A stretch of DNA of 64,000 nucleotides from contig JBBSOY010000001.1 of NCBI GenBank assembly GCA_038259265.1, positions 562-64,561 on the forward strand, given 5' to 3'. A model generated the notes under the pieces. The model searched no databases, was not told the DNA's origin, and worked only from the letters and a program-made list of their open reading frames with translations. Each line of letters begins with the position of its first letter. Position 1 is the stretch's first letter. The translations under genes and the position numbers were made by a program. Shown here in pieces: positions 40,263 through 49,703 of the stretch. The DNA is from Minisyncoccia bacterium (lineage in GTDB: Bacteria; Patescibacteriota; Minisyncoccia; Phycocordibacterales; DATGWK01).

Positions 40263-40931
40263 ATGCGCATACTGATAATTGAGGACAACGAAGAAATTCG
40301 CGAGCATTTAAAGATTGGCCTAGAGTCAGAAATGTTTTCCGTCGACACCGCCGAAGACGGCGAACGCGGTTCATACATTGCAAGAACAAACGACTACGAT
40401 CTCATACTCCTGGACAACAACCTCCCAAAGAAAAGTGGTATCGAAGTTTGCCGAGATATTAGAAAAGCTGGCAAAAGCATTCCAGTCATTTTGATTTCTG
40501 TCATCACCGACCCCGAAGAAAAGGCGAAGCTTCTGAGCGCCGGAGCGGATGACTACGTCGCCAAACCTTTTTCATTCAAAGAATTGTTGGCAAGAATCCG
40601 AGCCATACTGCGTCGACCACACGCTGTCATTCCTGAAAATCTGGTCATTGGCGATCTGGTTCTCAATTCAAAAACCCATGAAGTAAAGCGCGGCAAAAAT
40701 GACATCTACCTGACACGGAAAGAATATTCATTGCTCGAACTTCTCATTCAACACAGCGGCGAAGTAGTTTCTCGGGGAACGATTCTAGAACATGTATGGG
40801 ATCTCGATGGTAATCCATTTTCAAATACCATCGAAACACACGTTTTTAATTTAAGAAAAAAACTTGAAAATGGCAAAGATCGTCTGATCTGGAACGTACC
40901 TGGCCGTGGATACAAAATCGCTTCCCGCTAA
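40263..40931 (+). CDS. two-component response regulator, OmpR/PhoB family
   Basis: Receiver domain (DLILLDNNLP, phospho-accepting Asp) plus winged-helix DNA-binding C-terminus. Confidence 0.88.
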   Translation: MRILIIEDNEEIREHLKIGLESEMFSVDTAEDGERGSYIARTNDYDLILLDNNLPKKSGIEVCRDIRKAGKSIPVILISVITDPEEKAKLLSAGADDYVAKPFSFKELLARIRAILRRPHAVIPENLVIGDLVLNSKTHEVKRGKNDIYLTRKEYSLLELLIQHSGEVVSRGTILEHVWDLDGNPFSNTIETHVFNLRKKLENGKDRLIWNVPGRGYKIASR

Positions 40932-41742
40932 CACATTCATCCTGATCCAAGCCACCACCATGAAATCAGAACTTCGTCTGCCAAGTGTCCATAAAATCGG
41001 AGAGATTGCCGAACTCGCCGAGCTTGGCAAAAAAGCCCGAATTGTCTTTCATGATCTTTCTAACCACATTACAGCCTTAACGCTTTCCATGGATCAACTG
41101 CAGGAAAATTTACACCGCGACAGCGAACGGTTACTTCAATATTCAAAAAAATCAGAACAAACCCGGTTGCACATGGAACATGTTTCCTCTCTTCTCAAAT
41201 CACATATCACTCGTATAGCCGACGCGCCGTTCGACCCAAATACTGAAATAAAAAACATCCTCGGGACATTCGCTGCCACAGCAGCACAGAAAAGCATTCA
41301 ATGTTCGTTTCAAGCAAAAACCAAAACACAGCTTATTGGTAGCAGAATTGCCTTTATTCACTGCATCACAAATTTAATTTCAAATGCGCTCGAATCATTC
41401 GAGGATTACTCAAGTCCGTCTGAACGCCGAATCAACGTATCGACGATGGCTCAAGCCAAAACTCGCCACTTTTTGGTTTTTGTCAGCGACACCGGGAGTG
41501 GCATTCGGAAAGAATTGCTCAAAAAGATTTTTGAAAACAATTTTACAACCAAAGCAAATGGTCACGGCATCGGCTTATATGCCACCAAACAATATGTGGA
41601 AGAAAGTTTCAGGGGCACCATCACGGTCGAAAGCTCGAAACTAGGCTCGACGTTTTTGATCACTATTCCGGTATCTCGTTCAAAAACCATTCTCCTAAAA
41701 AAGACTGCAGTCGCAGGAAGTTATATAAACTCTACAGACTGA
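40906..41742 (+). CDS. histidine kinase lacking TM/sensor domain (DHp + HATPase_c only)
   Basis: H-box FHDLSNHITAL, N/G boxes (NALESF, DTGSGI, GHGIGL). 278 aa with no hydrophobic segment. Overlaps the response regulator gene by 26 nt. Confidence 0.8.
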   Translation: MDTKSLPANTFILIQATTMKSELRLPSVHKIGEIAELAELGKKARIVFHDLSNHITALTLSMDQLQENLHRDSERLLQYSKKSEQTRLHMEHVSSLLKSHITRIADAPFDPNTEIKNILGTFAATAAQKSIQCSFQAKTKTQLIGSRIAFIHCITNLISNALESFEDYSSPSERRINVSTMAQAKTRHFLVFVSDTGSGIRKELLKKIFENNFTTKANGHGIGLYATKQYVEESFRGTITVESSKLGSTFLITIPVSRSKTILLKKTAVAGSYINSTD

Positions 41743-42521
41743 ATCATCCGCTCAAAATTTCTCAAAATCAAATCGTCGGGCGTAAGGTATTGGAGAGAGA
41801 ACGAATATACATAATCTTCGGTGGCTGCAACAATACTTCGCGCTTCATACAAACCGCTCCAGGTGTACGAATACGCCGCTCGCTCGGCCAGAGTGGTTGG
41901 CTGCAAGTCGCCCACAGACAAGGAATAGTTTGAAAAAGAGCTTGTTTTCACCCAAGAATCCGCGGTGAGGGTGTCGGTATTTTCATATACGTCGACCGTG
42001 ATCGAGGTGGGACCATCGCGAGCCGGGGATGACGAGGCAAACATTGCTCTATTTTCTTTCGTATCTTCCACGAGCGTTAAATTCCATTTTCCGTAAACAC
42101 TTTCGCTTTCTGTGGCTTCGGTCAAAAGATAATAGGCGGGGTATTCAAAGCGAATTCCAAGTTTTTCAAAAATTTTCGGGCCGTCCTCATCCACAAAACC
42201 AGAAACGACAATGCCTTCCAAACCGACTTTATAATCGAACCGTGACCGGTACGCAACATGACCATCTTCGTATTCAACTCTACCAGTGTCAACACCTTCA
42301 ACATACACATCGGTCACATAAAAAGTTCCGCCCACCTCGGGCACATGCTGCGTCAAACTATTGATGTTGTCGCGAACATATTCCTCAATTCGTGTTCGCT
42401 CTTCATCTGGCGAAACGACTACAGGCGTGCCCCGATACCCGGGCAAAGAAAAATTTATAATGGCAATAATTACCACAAATACAACAAGTAGGATTCCGAT
42501 GGTTTTGTTTGACATAGGCAT
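41721..42521 (-). CDS. hypothetical membrane-anchored protein (266 aa)
   Basis: N-terminal TM then an extracytoplasmic domain. No motif recognised. Confidence 0.5.
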   Translation of the reverse strand: MPMSNKTIGILLVVFVVIIAIINFSLPGYRGTPVVVSPDEERTRIEEYVRDNINSLTQHVPEVGGTFYVTDVYVEGVDTGRVEYEDGHVAYRSRFDYKVGLEGIVVSGFVDEDGPKIFEKLGIRFEYPAYYLLTEATESESVYGKWNLTLVEDTKENRAMFASSSPARDGPTSITVDVYENTDTLTADSWVKTSSFSNYSLSVGDLQPTTLAERAAYSYTWSGLYEARSIVAATEDYVYSFSLQYLTPDDLILRNFERMIQSVEFI

Positions 42522-42602
42522 ATACTAGCCAATGTATAACAAATACGGAAGCCTTTCTCGCTTCCGTATCGCCATATTCCTTTTTTGCACATTTTGAAAA
42601 AA

Positions 42603-43040
42603 CTATTTTCCAGCAGCCTTCTTCTTTGAAGCCATGCTTTTGGATTTTGTTGCTGGTCGTTTTTTACCTTTTACTGCAACTTCAAGCCCTTTTCTAATAT
42701 TTTTCCAATGAGTGAGGAGTTCGGTTCGAAAATTGTCGATTTCGGTTGGGTCAATCTGCTTCAAACCCTGGTAGCGATCGGTAATTTCTCGCACAATTTT
42801 TCCGTAAACTTCTTCATTTACTTCGGTCAAGTTTTCAAGTTTTTCAAGAATCTCTCCCTTAGCTTTAAGCGCCCAGCCTTTGATCTGCGCTCGGCGTTTG
42901 CCGGCACCCTTTGAGCCGTACAGAAAATATGTGCCAGCTACTGCAGCCAAGGCAGCGATACCTGCACCCATGATCAAGCCCGCATGACTATCCCCTTCGG
43001 TCTTTGCTGCCGTCTTTTTTGAAGATTTCGTGTCTTTCAT
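42603..43040 (-). CDS. YtxH-like protein (DUF948-associated, GvpP-like)
   Basis: GLIMGAGIAALAAVAGTYFLYGSKGAGKRR then coiled coil, typical of the YtxH family. Confidence 0.5.
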   Translation of the reverse strand: MKDTKSSKKTAAKTEGDSHAGLIMGAGIAALAAVAGTYFLYGSKGAGKRRAQIKGWALKAKGEILEKLENLTEVNEEVYGKIVREITDRYQGLKQIDPTEIDNFRTELLTHWKNIRKGLEVAVKGKKRPATKSKSMASKKKAAGK

Positions 43041-43058
43041 ATAAATATCTGGATTAAT

Positions 43059-43352
43059 TTATTCAGTAATAATCGTATGCTTCGCCCGGGTTTTGGTTTT
43101 ACGGCCAAAAAGTCCTGGAATAAAACCTGTCAGCCATTTCAAGCGATCACCCTGCGACATGGCAGTCGCTCGCAATTTTTCAATATCACCGACCAACTTA
43201 CTGCTTTCTTCCTGAACCGTTTTCGAAATATGTTTAATGTCATTTAAAATTCGGATGACAAAAAACGCAATCACGATGATGCAAATTGTAAAGATTACAA
43301 CCGCAATGCTGGTTATGAGAAAAAAGATGTCGGCGTGGATTATGCTCTCCAT
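43059..43352 (-). CDS. DUF948-like membrane protein
   Basis: 97 aa. N-terminal TM then amphipathic helix, adjacent to the YtxH-like gene. Confidence 0.45.
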   Translation of the reverse strand: MESIIHADIFFLITSIAVVIFTICIIVIAFFVIRILNDIKHISKTVQEESSKLVGDIEKLRATAMSQGDRLKWLTGFIPGLFGRKTKTRAKHTIITE

Positions 43353-43364
43353 ATACTGATTTTA

Positions 43365-43610
43365 TCACAACCCTTCCATGATGCCCATACTGTCAGTGTC
43401 CATAAGCCCCGCACCAACATATGAATTCAGAAAGGATGGAATGGCGATTAAAAGGCCGATGAGTGGCAGCACGAATGCAATGACGCTGACCCAAAAAATG
43501 ATCTGAAAATAGCGCCTCGTTTTTTCTACAGACGCATGAATGGCGTCGATTTTGACCTCTAACTCTTGCAATTTATTTTGAATACTTGGTTCCATTTCTT
43601 TAGTATACAC
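43365..43610 (-). CDS. small membrane protein (81 aa)
   Basis: Coiled-coil N-terminus then TM. Third member of the ytx-like triad. Confidence 0.4.
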   Translation of the reverse strand: MYTKEMEPSIQNKLQELEVKIDAIHASVEKTRRYFQIIFWVSVIAFVLPLIGLLIAIPSFLNSYVGAGLMDTDSMGIMEGL

Positions 43611-43645
43611 CCGACAAATAACTCTAGTAATTTATCCGTGAAAAA

Positions 43646-43990
43646 TTATGCAGCAAGCGAACCGGGGGGAATAGTGCTATTGGGTTCGAGAATTGAAAAA
43701 CCATCTGGACCAGAAACTGCAAAAAGCATACCGTTGCTTTCGAAACCGCGAATTGTTCTTGGTTCGAGGTTAGTAACAAACATACATGTCCTGCCCACAA
43801 GCGTCAGTGGGTCTTGAAAATGTGTGGCGATACCCGAAACGATTTGCCGAGGCTGCATGCTGCCCGCTTCATCTTTTTCGTTGAAATCAACCGAAAGCTT
43901 TAGCAGTTTTTCAGTATCAGGAATTTTCTCGGCAGAAATAATTTTTCCAGCCCGAACTTCAACTTTTTTAAACTCTTCGTACGTAATCAT
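43646..43990 (-). CDS. tRNA-binding protein (CsaA/Trbp111/MetRS-C-terminal-like OB fold)
   Basis: 114 aa. MITYEEFKKVEVRAGKIISAEKIPDTEKLLKLSVDF matches the tRNA_bind domain family. Confidence 0.75.
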   Translation of the reverse strand: MITYEEFKKVEVRAGKIISAEKIPDTEKLLKLSVDFNEKDEAGSMQPRQIVSGIATHFQDPLTLVGRTCMFVTNLEPRTIRGFESNGMLFAVSGPDGFSILEPNSTIPPGSLAA

Positions 43991-44064
43991 TGGATTTTAA
44001 TATTATTCTCAAACGATATACAACTATACCCCACCTGAGAAAAATATCGAGTGCTGCACACTCA

Positions 44065-45282
44065 CTATGGGCGCTGCTCAAAAATATTAATTTTAAAAAG
44101 ATAAAGGGGCATAATGAGAAACAGCCCGACGATGCAGATGAGAAGTATTGCAAAAAGAAGCGAAAAGCGGTCAATTAAAAACCCCACCGTCATTGGCGCG
44201 AATATCTGCGAAATTTGCGTGACGCTTAAAAATGCTGCGCTCAGGCTGCCCATGCGCATTCGACTTTCATGAATGGTCGCACCACGGTCTAGACAAAGCA
44301 TACTGTAATAGACACAGAGGCCGATACTAAAAATTACCGCGAGCGTCAGTGCGAGCGAATGTAAAAATGGCAGCAGAGCAAACAAACAGATAGCGGAAAA
44401 AATAACCCGACGAAGGATCCAGGGATTCGATTTATCAGCCAAAATTCCAAGCGGCACTCCGAACACAAACGGCAGAATAGCAAACGAGGTAAGCAAAAAA
44501 ACTTGCGAATAGCTTTGATTGCCAATGAACGATACGATCGGCAGAAAAAAATACAGAATAACAGTAATGACGCTCAAAAAAGCATAGAGTACTGCTGCGT
44601 ATTTTTGTTCAAGATTCCATTTTTTTACAAAGCTAAAGAGCAAGCGGTAATCGGTATATATTTCCGGGAATACGCCTTTGAATTTGCTTTTTCGGCCCTC
44701 GGGCTCCCGCGGTATATGGTAGATGAGAAATGCCGCGATCGCCGTAGTTGGGATAATGAGCAAAAATAAATAATGGATCGGGACGTTTGTAACAAAAATT
44801 AAACCGACGGCGGCAGCCACGAGCCACCAAAAGTACGAGAGAGTATCAAAGTATCCAAAAATTACGCCGATGCGGTCGTGTCCATAGCGGCGCATGTAGG
44901 TTTTTTTGCCCACACTGTCGAGCGCATAGCTGATCCCGTTAATAAACCTGGCGATGACGATAAAAATCACCGCCCCAAAAAAACCGGCGAAGAAGTAGCA
45001 AAGGGCAATGAGCGGATACAGCGCCAGTCCCGAAAGAATAATTTTACGGCTCGATGTTCGGTCGGCCATGCGCGAGACAATCGGCAAAACCGCAAGAAAA
45101 ACAATGTCGTACACAGATCGCAGCATGCCAGCTTCGGCGTACGTATCAACAAAAGACAGAATAAAAATCGGAATGAACATTTCCACAAAACCCCAGCCAA
45201 TAAAACGTACGGCGGTAGCCCAGGAAATAATTCTGATTCCTTTCGGAATATGCAAAATATTGAGATCTTTGTGGAACAGCAT
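44065..45282 (-). CDS. MFS transporter
   Basis: 405 aa, 12 predicted TM helices, MFS loop motif region (GILADK / DRGATIHESRMRMG). Confidence 0.8.
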   Translation of the reverse strand: MLFHKDLNILHIPKGIRIISWATAVRFIGWGFVEMFIPIFILSFVDTYAEAGMLRSVYDIVFLAVLPIVSRMADRTSSRKIILSGLALYPLIALCYFFAGFFGAVIFIVIARFINGISYALDSVGKKTYMRRYGHDRIGVIFGYFDTLSYFWWLVAAAVGLIFVTNVPIHYLFLLIIPTTAIAAFLIYHIPREPEGRKSKFKGVFPEIYTDYRLLFSFVKKWNLEQKYAAVLYAFLSVITVILYFFLPIVSFIGNQSYSQVFLLTSFAILPFVFGVPLGILADKSNPWILRRVIFSAICLFALLPFLHSLALTLAVIFSIGLCVYYSMLCLDRGATIHESRMRMGSLSAAFLSVTQISQIFAPMTVGFLIDRFSLLFAILLICIVGLFLIMPLYLFKINIFEQRP

Positions 45283-45440
45283 AACTTTGTACGACTTCTT
45301 GGCGAATTTTTGAATGATTACGGGTGAGACTAGCGACCTAAAAGTTCATCGATATATACCGAGGCGCGAGTGATCGGGCCAAAATAGCCCACTGACGGAA
45401 CAACATCTGCCGCATGTGCAGCTTGAGATACGGAAAAATG

Positions 45441-45851
45441 TTATGTGTTTTTATTTTCATATCTTTTTTCAGTATATACATTTTCTGCACTGAAAACGAC
45501 GGACAAAAGAGCGATCGAAAGACCGATATCTCGAACCATGGTCGGACCGGAAAGAAGAAACGTGGTGTGAACAAGACTCACGCACAAAATAAAAGCCGAA
45601 AGCCTTGTATATACACCAAATGCAAGCAACAAACCGAAAGTCAGCTCAACAAGGCCATGAATTTTTACCAACGTAGCGGCGGGAGCAATATCTCCAGTCC
45701 ATGCAGGCACGAGCCCAGTCCAAAGCTCGGTATTGAAAATGCCACTCCAACCAAACCAGACGAATACAAAAGCCAAACCAAGTCGCAAGACGAGCGGCGA
45801 ATACCGAGCATATCTGTTCACAAAACGTTCGATCGAATGAATGTAGTTCAT
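45441..45851 (-). CDS. DoxX family membrane protein
   Basis: 136 aa, four TM helices, RLGLAFVFVWFG typical of DoxX. Confidence 0.7.
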   Translation of the reverse strand: MNYIHSIERFVNRYARYSPLVLRLGLAFVFVWFGWSGIFNTELWTGLVPAWTGDIAPAATLVKIHGLVELTFGLLLAFGVYTRLSAFILCVSLVHTTFLLSGPTMVRDIGLSIALLSVVFSAENVYTEKRYENKNT

Positions 45852-45897
45852 GTGTGAAAAAAGTTAGTGGGAATTTTTAAATGTATTTATTTTCAAA

Positions 45898-46260
45898 CTA
45901 TTCCGCAAGCACGCCAATTCGAAACGTCGCCAGTGCTTCTTGCGCCTGAGAATCCGAACCATGCTGGCCTCTGAACGCTATGGTGCCGTCTTTGCCGCAA
46001 ATTCCAAGAATTGCACTCGCACCGCCCGGATGCTGTTTGATCCATTCGGTCAGGTCGTAGACTGCGTCACCAACGATCGTGTAGCAACTGGTTCGAGCAG
46101 CATGCTTTGCAACCTCAGATGTAGAAATTTCTGCAGCCGGGGCGGATGATTCCTGATTCAAAACACTGCTTGTGTGTGAGCTATCTGAAAAGATAAAGTA
46201 TACGCTGCCGATAAAAATGATTGCTATTGCGAAAATTAAAATGCGAGTATTTTTTTTCAT
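45898..46260 (-). CDS. cytochrome b5-like heme-binding domain protein, membrane-anchored
   Basis: N-terminal TM. CYTIVGDAVYDLTEWIKQHPGGASAILGICGKDGTIAF has the HPGG motif and flanking His of the cyt-b5 fold. Confidence 0.65.
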   Translation of the reverse strand: MKKNTRILIFAIAIIFIGSVYFIFSDSSHTSSVLNQESSAPAAEISTSEVAKHAARTSCYTIVGDAVYDLTEWIKQHPGGASAILGICGKDGTIAFRGQHGSDSQAQEALATFRIGVLAE

Positions 46261-46275
46261 ATAATTATTTCTGAA

Positions 46276-46917
46276 TTATTTATTTTTACGAGCGTGGCCG
46301 CCATATGCGCAACCAAGCGTTTGCAAAACATTTTTATGATCTGTATCGAGGCTGACAATCGTAAATCCTGCCTGGGTAATCAGCTCATCGATCTTCCGGT
46401 TCAAATGGCAACCGCCGGCAATTTTTTTCCAAAACGGTGTCAACCATTTCTGATATCGCGCAACTCGCACATTCGGCGACCGGCCATGCTCAACAAAGAT
46501 AAAATTTCCGCCAGGCTTCAGCACGCGACGAATTTCACCAAGCGCCGCTTCAACATGTGGGATCGAACACAGAGTCCAAGTGCTCACCACCGCATCGACA
46601 CTTTCGTCCGGAAGCGGAATGTGTTCCGCAGAAGCACAGAGATATTCTACCGGAAAATGTTCGGATATTTGTTGCTGCTGTTCGCCAGAATTCCACATGT
46701 CTTGGGATGGCTCAAGAGCAATGAGCTTTGTCACGTCCAGAGAATAGTACGGAATGTTGGCGCCAGACCCAGCGCCGACTTCGAGTACAACACCTTTTGC
46801 AAGCGGCACGTACTGCGCACGTTCTTTACGCACTCCTGCATCATCAAGAAGCCATTTCATAAACTTCGGCAAAATATACGTGTCGTAGAGGCGCATAAGT
46901 ATTAAAGTCTGAGTCAA
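46276..46917 (-). CDS. class I SAM-dependent methyltransferase (Methyltransf_11-like)
   Basis: VLEVGAGSGAN motif I, LKPGGNFIFVEH motif post II. Confidence 0.75.
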   Translation of the reverse strand: MTQTLILMRLYDTYILPKFMKWLLDDAGVRKERAQYVPLAKGVVLEVGAGSGANIPYYSLDVTKLIALEPSQDMWNSGEQQQQISEHFPVEYLCASAEHIPLPDESVDAVVSTWTLCSIPHVEAALGEIRRVLKPGGNFIFVEHGRSPNVRVARYQKWLTPFWKKIAGGCHLNRKIDELITQAGFTIVSLDTDHKNVLQTLGCAYGGHARKNK

Positions 46918-46994
46918 TATCTAAGCCAATGTCTACGTCATCATCGGAATCATCTTTTGGTTCAACTATCTTTTGGTCAACAAATCTGCTAAAA

Positions 46995-47441
46995 CTAATC
47001 AGCCAAAACATCTTCGGAACTTGTTAGCACCTGAGTAATAAGTATATGTGTGCCAAAAAAACGACCGAGCAAAAGTCCGGTCAAAATAACCAAACCAAAT
47101 GCATTGAGCGCCGCGCCGGTCAGCCAATGTTCAAAAAGCCATTTTCGCCCGAGCTCAACCGAAATATAGAGCGCGAGCAACACGACACCTTGGCGGTCGA
47201 GATGCGCCACGACCTTCCCCTTTTCTTCATGCCAATAAATTTTAAACATTCGAGACATGAGCAGACCAATGCCGCCCGCCAGAAAAAAACCACTGATTGA
47301 AAGAGTTGGACCGATGATGCCTCTATACATATTTACAATACAAATCGCCAGCAGCACTGCCGCAATGACCAAAAAAATTACCTGACGTACAAGTAAACCG
47401 GCGTGGACATTGTCGGTATACAGCCTTATTTTTTCTCGCAT
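46995..47441 (-). CDS. hypothetical integral membrane protein
   Basis: Start placed at ATG 47441, preceded by TATACT 6 nt upstream (leaderless candidate). The longer track ORF begins at a GTG. 4 TM helices. Confidence 0.5.
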   Translation of the reverse strand: MREKIRLYTDNVHAGLLVRQVIFLVIAAVLLAICIVNMYRGIIGPTLSISGFFLAGGIGLLMSRMFKIYWHEEKGKVVAHLDRQGVVLLALYISVELGRKWLFEHWLTGAALNAFGLVILTGLLLGRFFGTHILITQVLTSSEDVLAD

Positions 47442-47515
47442 CAGACTAGTATAGCAAGCTTTATGACGATATCTGCGCAGACGCACAGTATATGTATATA
47501 TGTATAATAGAGTGC

Positions 47516-48328
47516 ATGATTATCGGTATTACCATTGCTGCATTTGTTTCAACTTTTTTGGGCGGGCTTTTTGCTATTGCGTTTAAAGACAAGCTGCATC
47601 TCATTCTCGGTTTCAGCGCCGGCGCAGTCATTGGGGTCGCATTTTTTGATCTTCTCCCTGAAGCAATCGAACTCACCAATGGACACTTTTCAGTTGCAAC
47701 AATGACGTCTATCGTCGCCTTCGGCTTCATTATTTTTATGATTCTCGATCGGTTTGTACTCCTTCATTCGCATCACAGTGACTGCGACAATCACCACCAT
47801 GTTCACGAATCTCACGCCGAACACATGGCAGTCCTTCAGTCGCACGGCGATCCGAAAATGGGCACGTCTCATACCCACGATTCCGCGAACGGATATCGCG
47901 GCAAAATCGGCGCCGGAAGTTTGGCGATCCATAGCTTTCTTGACGGTGCCGCAATCGGTCTCGCCTTTCAGATTTCAGTTGCGGTCGGAGTAATCGTCGC
48001 GGTCGCCGTGCTTGTGCACGATTTTTCCGACGGCATCAATACGGTCAACCTCATTTTGAAAAATGGCGGCACAAAAAAACAGGCTTTCAAATGGCTGGCG
48101 ATTGACGCTGTCGCCCCTGTCCTCGGCGTTATTTCCACCCTGTTTTTTACCCTACCCAAAAGCGCGCTTGGTGTCGTACTCGCCTGTTTCTGCGGTTTCT
48201 TTATATACATCGGCGCAAGCGACCTGCTGCCGGAAAGTCACCACAACCATCCCACATTTCTCACCACTTTCATGACCATCCTCGGCGCCGGTGTTTTGTA
48301 CATCGCCATTCATGTTGCAGGTGTGTAA
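47516..48328 (+). CDS. zupT: ZIP family metal transporter (ZupT-like) with His-rich cytoplasmic loop
   Basis: Start placed at ATG 47516, 7 nt after the extended -10 TGTATAAT (47501-47508). The HSHHSDCDNHHHVHESHAEH loop and HDFSDG ZIP signature are present. Confidence 0.75.
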   Translation: MIIGITIAAFVSTFLGGLFAIAFKDKLHLILGFSAGAVIGVAFFDLLPEAIELTNGHFSVATMTSIVAFGFIIFMILDRFVLLHSHHSDCDNHHHVHESHAEHMAVLQSHGDPKMGTSHTHDSANGYRGKIGAGSLAIHSFLDGAAIGLAFQISVAVGVIVAVAVLVHDFSDGINTVNLILKNGGTKKQAFKWLAIDAVAPVLGVISTLFFTLPKSALGVVLACFCGFFIYIGASDLLPESHHNHPTFLTTFMTILGAGVLYIAIHVAGV

Positions 48329-48349
48329 CCCGGTGCATACAATGGGGCA

Positions 48350-48386
48350 CAAAAAACCGCCAAACTGTGCAAGTGGCGGTTTTTTA
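48350..48386. terminator. bidirectional rho-independent terminator between convergent genes
   Basis: accgcca...tggcggt stem with an A-run upstream and TTTTTT downstream. Confidence 0.55.
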
Positions 48387-48400
48387 CTATTTTTTTCTTA

Positions 48401-48793
48401 CTATTCTTCGATTTCTTTTTCTTTAATATCTGCCGTGAGTCGTTCCGAGCGAAGATCGACACGGATGAGCGCAAACAAACTCATGTATACATTGGCGATC
48501 CAGACAATACTAAACCCTGCAAGCACATAGCCACGCCAGTCGGGCAGCAAAAGCGTGTAGCGGGTAAAAATCAAAAGCAAAATCGTCACATAGTGGCTGA
48601 AGCAATATTCACAAGTGAACAGGTAGAAAAATTTGCGGCCGAACACGGTCTTTTCGGACCGACTTCGCTTCACAAAATATTCATGGAATTCTCGAAACAC
48701 TTCTTCATGCGTAACCGTCCAGGCTATGCTCGCAACCGGAATCGCCAGTACGAACAAAATGAGAATTTGGCCAATGAGGTCGAGCGTCGTCAT
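48401..48793 (-). CDS. hypothetical integral membrane protein (about 130 aa)
   Basis: Start at ATG 48793, 1 nt after the upstream M14 gene stop. 3-4 TM helices. Confidence 0.5.
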   Translation of the reverse strand: MTTLDLIGQILILFVLAIPVASIAWTVTHEEVFREFHEYFVKRSRSEKTVFGRKFFYLFTCEYCFSHYVTILLLIFTRYTLLLPDWRGYVLAGFSIVWIANVYMSLFALIRVDLRSERLTADIKEKEIEE

Positions 48794-48794
48794 A

Positions 48795-49685
48795 TTATTT
48801 TTTACTAAAATAATTGAGAACTGCTTTGATGCCTGCAAGGTTTTGGTCGAACTCGACAGACTCATGCGTTTTGAGCTCAACGGTAATCGCCGGAATTTTT
48901 ATAGAGGCCAGCCAGCCTTCGGCGTCGCCAGTGATGGCGTAGCTGTCAAAAACTTGCGATGTTTGGTAGCCAGCTGCTGCTGCGTAGGAGTTCATGATGT
49001 CGAGCGTGACAGGCAAAATGCCGTCGTTGCACTCTGAAGCATACACAGTGTTCGCCTGACTGTGCCAAAACACCACAGCGCTCGGCGAATTTTTCAGAGC
49101 GAAATTTTTAATTGCCTGAGACTCGGGTTCGGAAAATGCAGCCGTGCCAGCACTGACTGTTTTACTTTGCCAAGTACTTTCGGGTTTCCAGTTACAGTCG
49201 AAATTGCGGTTAAGATCGACTTCGTGAGCGTTAAACCGAGCAGACTTTAGAAGATCGGCATTGGTCGAGACGTCGGCAATTTCAAACCGACCCTCTGTGC
49301 CAGTAACCTTGAACACTGCGTCAGGATTGGCATTTGGAATGATGGTGATACGGAGATTTTCTGGCACCACGCTCGGATATTTCGCCAAATAGTCCATGAA
49401 TTGATACGCAAGCAAAACACTGTTCCATTCGTAGCCACCATGAATGCCGCCGACAAAAGCCACATGCGTGGTGCCTGTGCCGTATGTGAAAGACTCTATC
49501 TTTCGACCGCCGACGGAAATACCGAGAACTTCTTGTTTTGGACCAACATCTTTTGGAATTTCAACTGGCTGCATAATTTCAGGTGGTGGTAGTTTTTTTA
49601 ATGTGAAAATCAAAAACACCCCAACGGCCGAAACCGCTAGGATGAGAATGATCGTCACGATTGGATTTCTAAAAAGGGATCGCAT
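48795..49685 (-). CDS. M14-family zinc carboxypeptidase (MpaA/gamma-D-glutamyl-meso-DAP peptidase-like), membrane-anchored
   Basis: GGIHGGYEWNSV zinc-binding region, NANPDA, HEVDLNRNFDC. Confidence 0.65.
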   Translation of the reverse strand: MRSLFRNPIVTIILILAVSAVGVFLIFTLKKLPPPEIMQPVEIPKDVGPKQEVLGISVGGRKIESFTYGTGTTHVAFVGGIHGGYEWNSVLLAYQFMDYLAKYPSVVPENLRITIIPNANPDAVFKVTGTEGRFEIADVSTNADLLKSARFNAHEVDLNRNFDCNWKPESTWQSKTVSAGTAAFSEPESQAIKNFALKNSPSAVVFWHSQANTVYASECNDGILPVTLDIMNSYAAAAGYQTSQVFDSYAITGDAEGWLASIKIPAITVELKTHESVEFDQNLAGIKAVLNYFSKK

Positions 49686-49703
49686 ATCAACGCAAAAGTA
49701 GAA

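Noticed and set aside
47470-47515. Zur-type operator in the tatatgtatatatgtataat repeat upstream of zupT
   Set aside because: The sequence is a direct, not inverted, AT repeat and matches no known Zur consensus. It is better explained as an extended -10 element (TGTATAAT) of a leaderless promoter.
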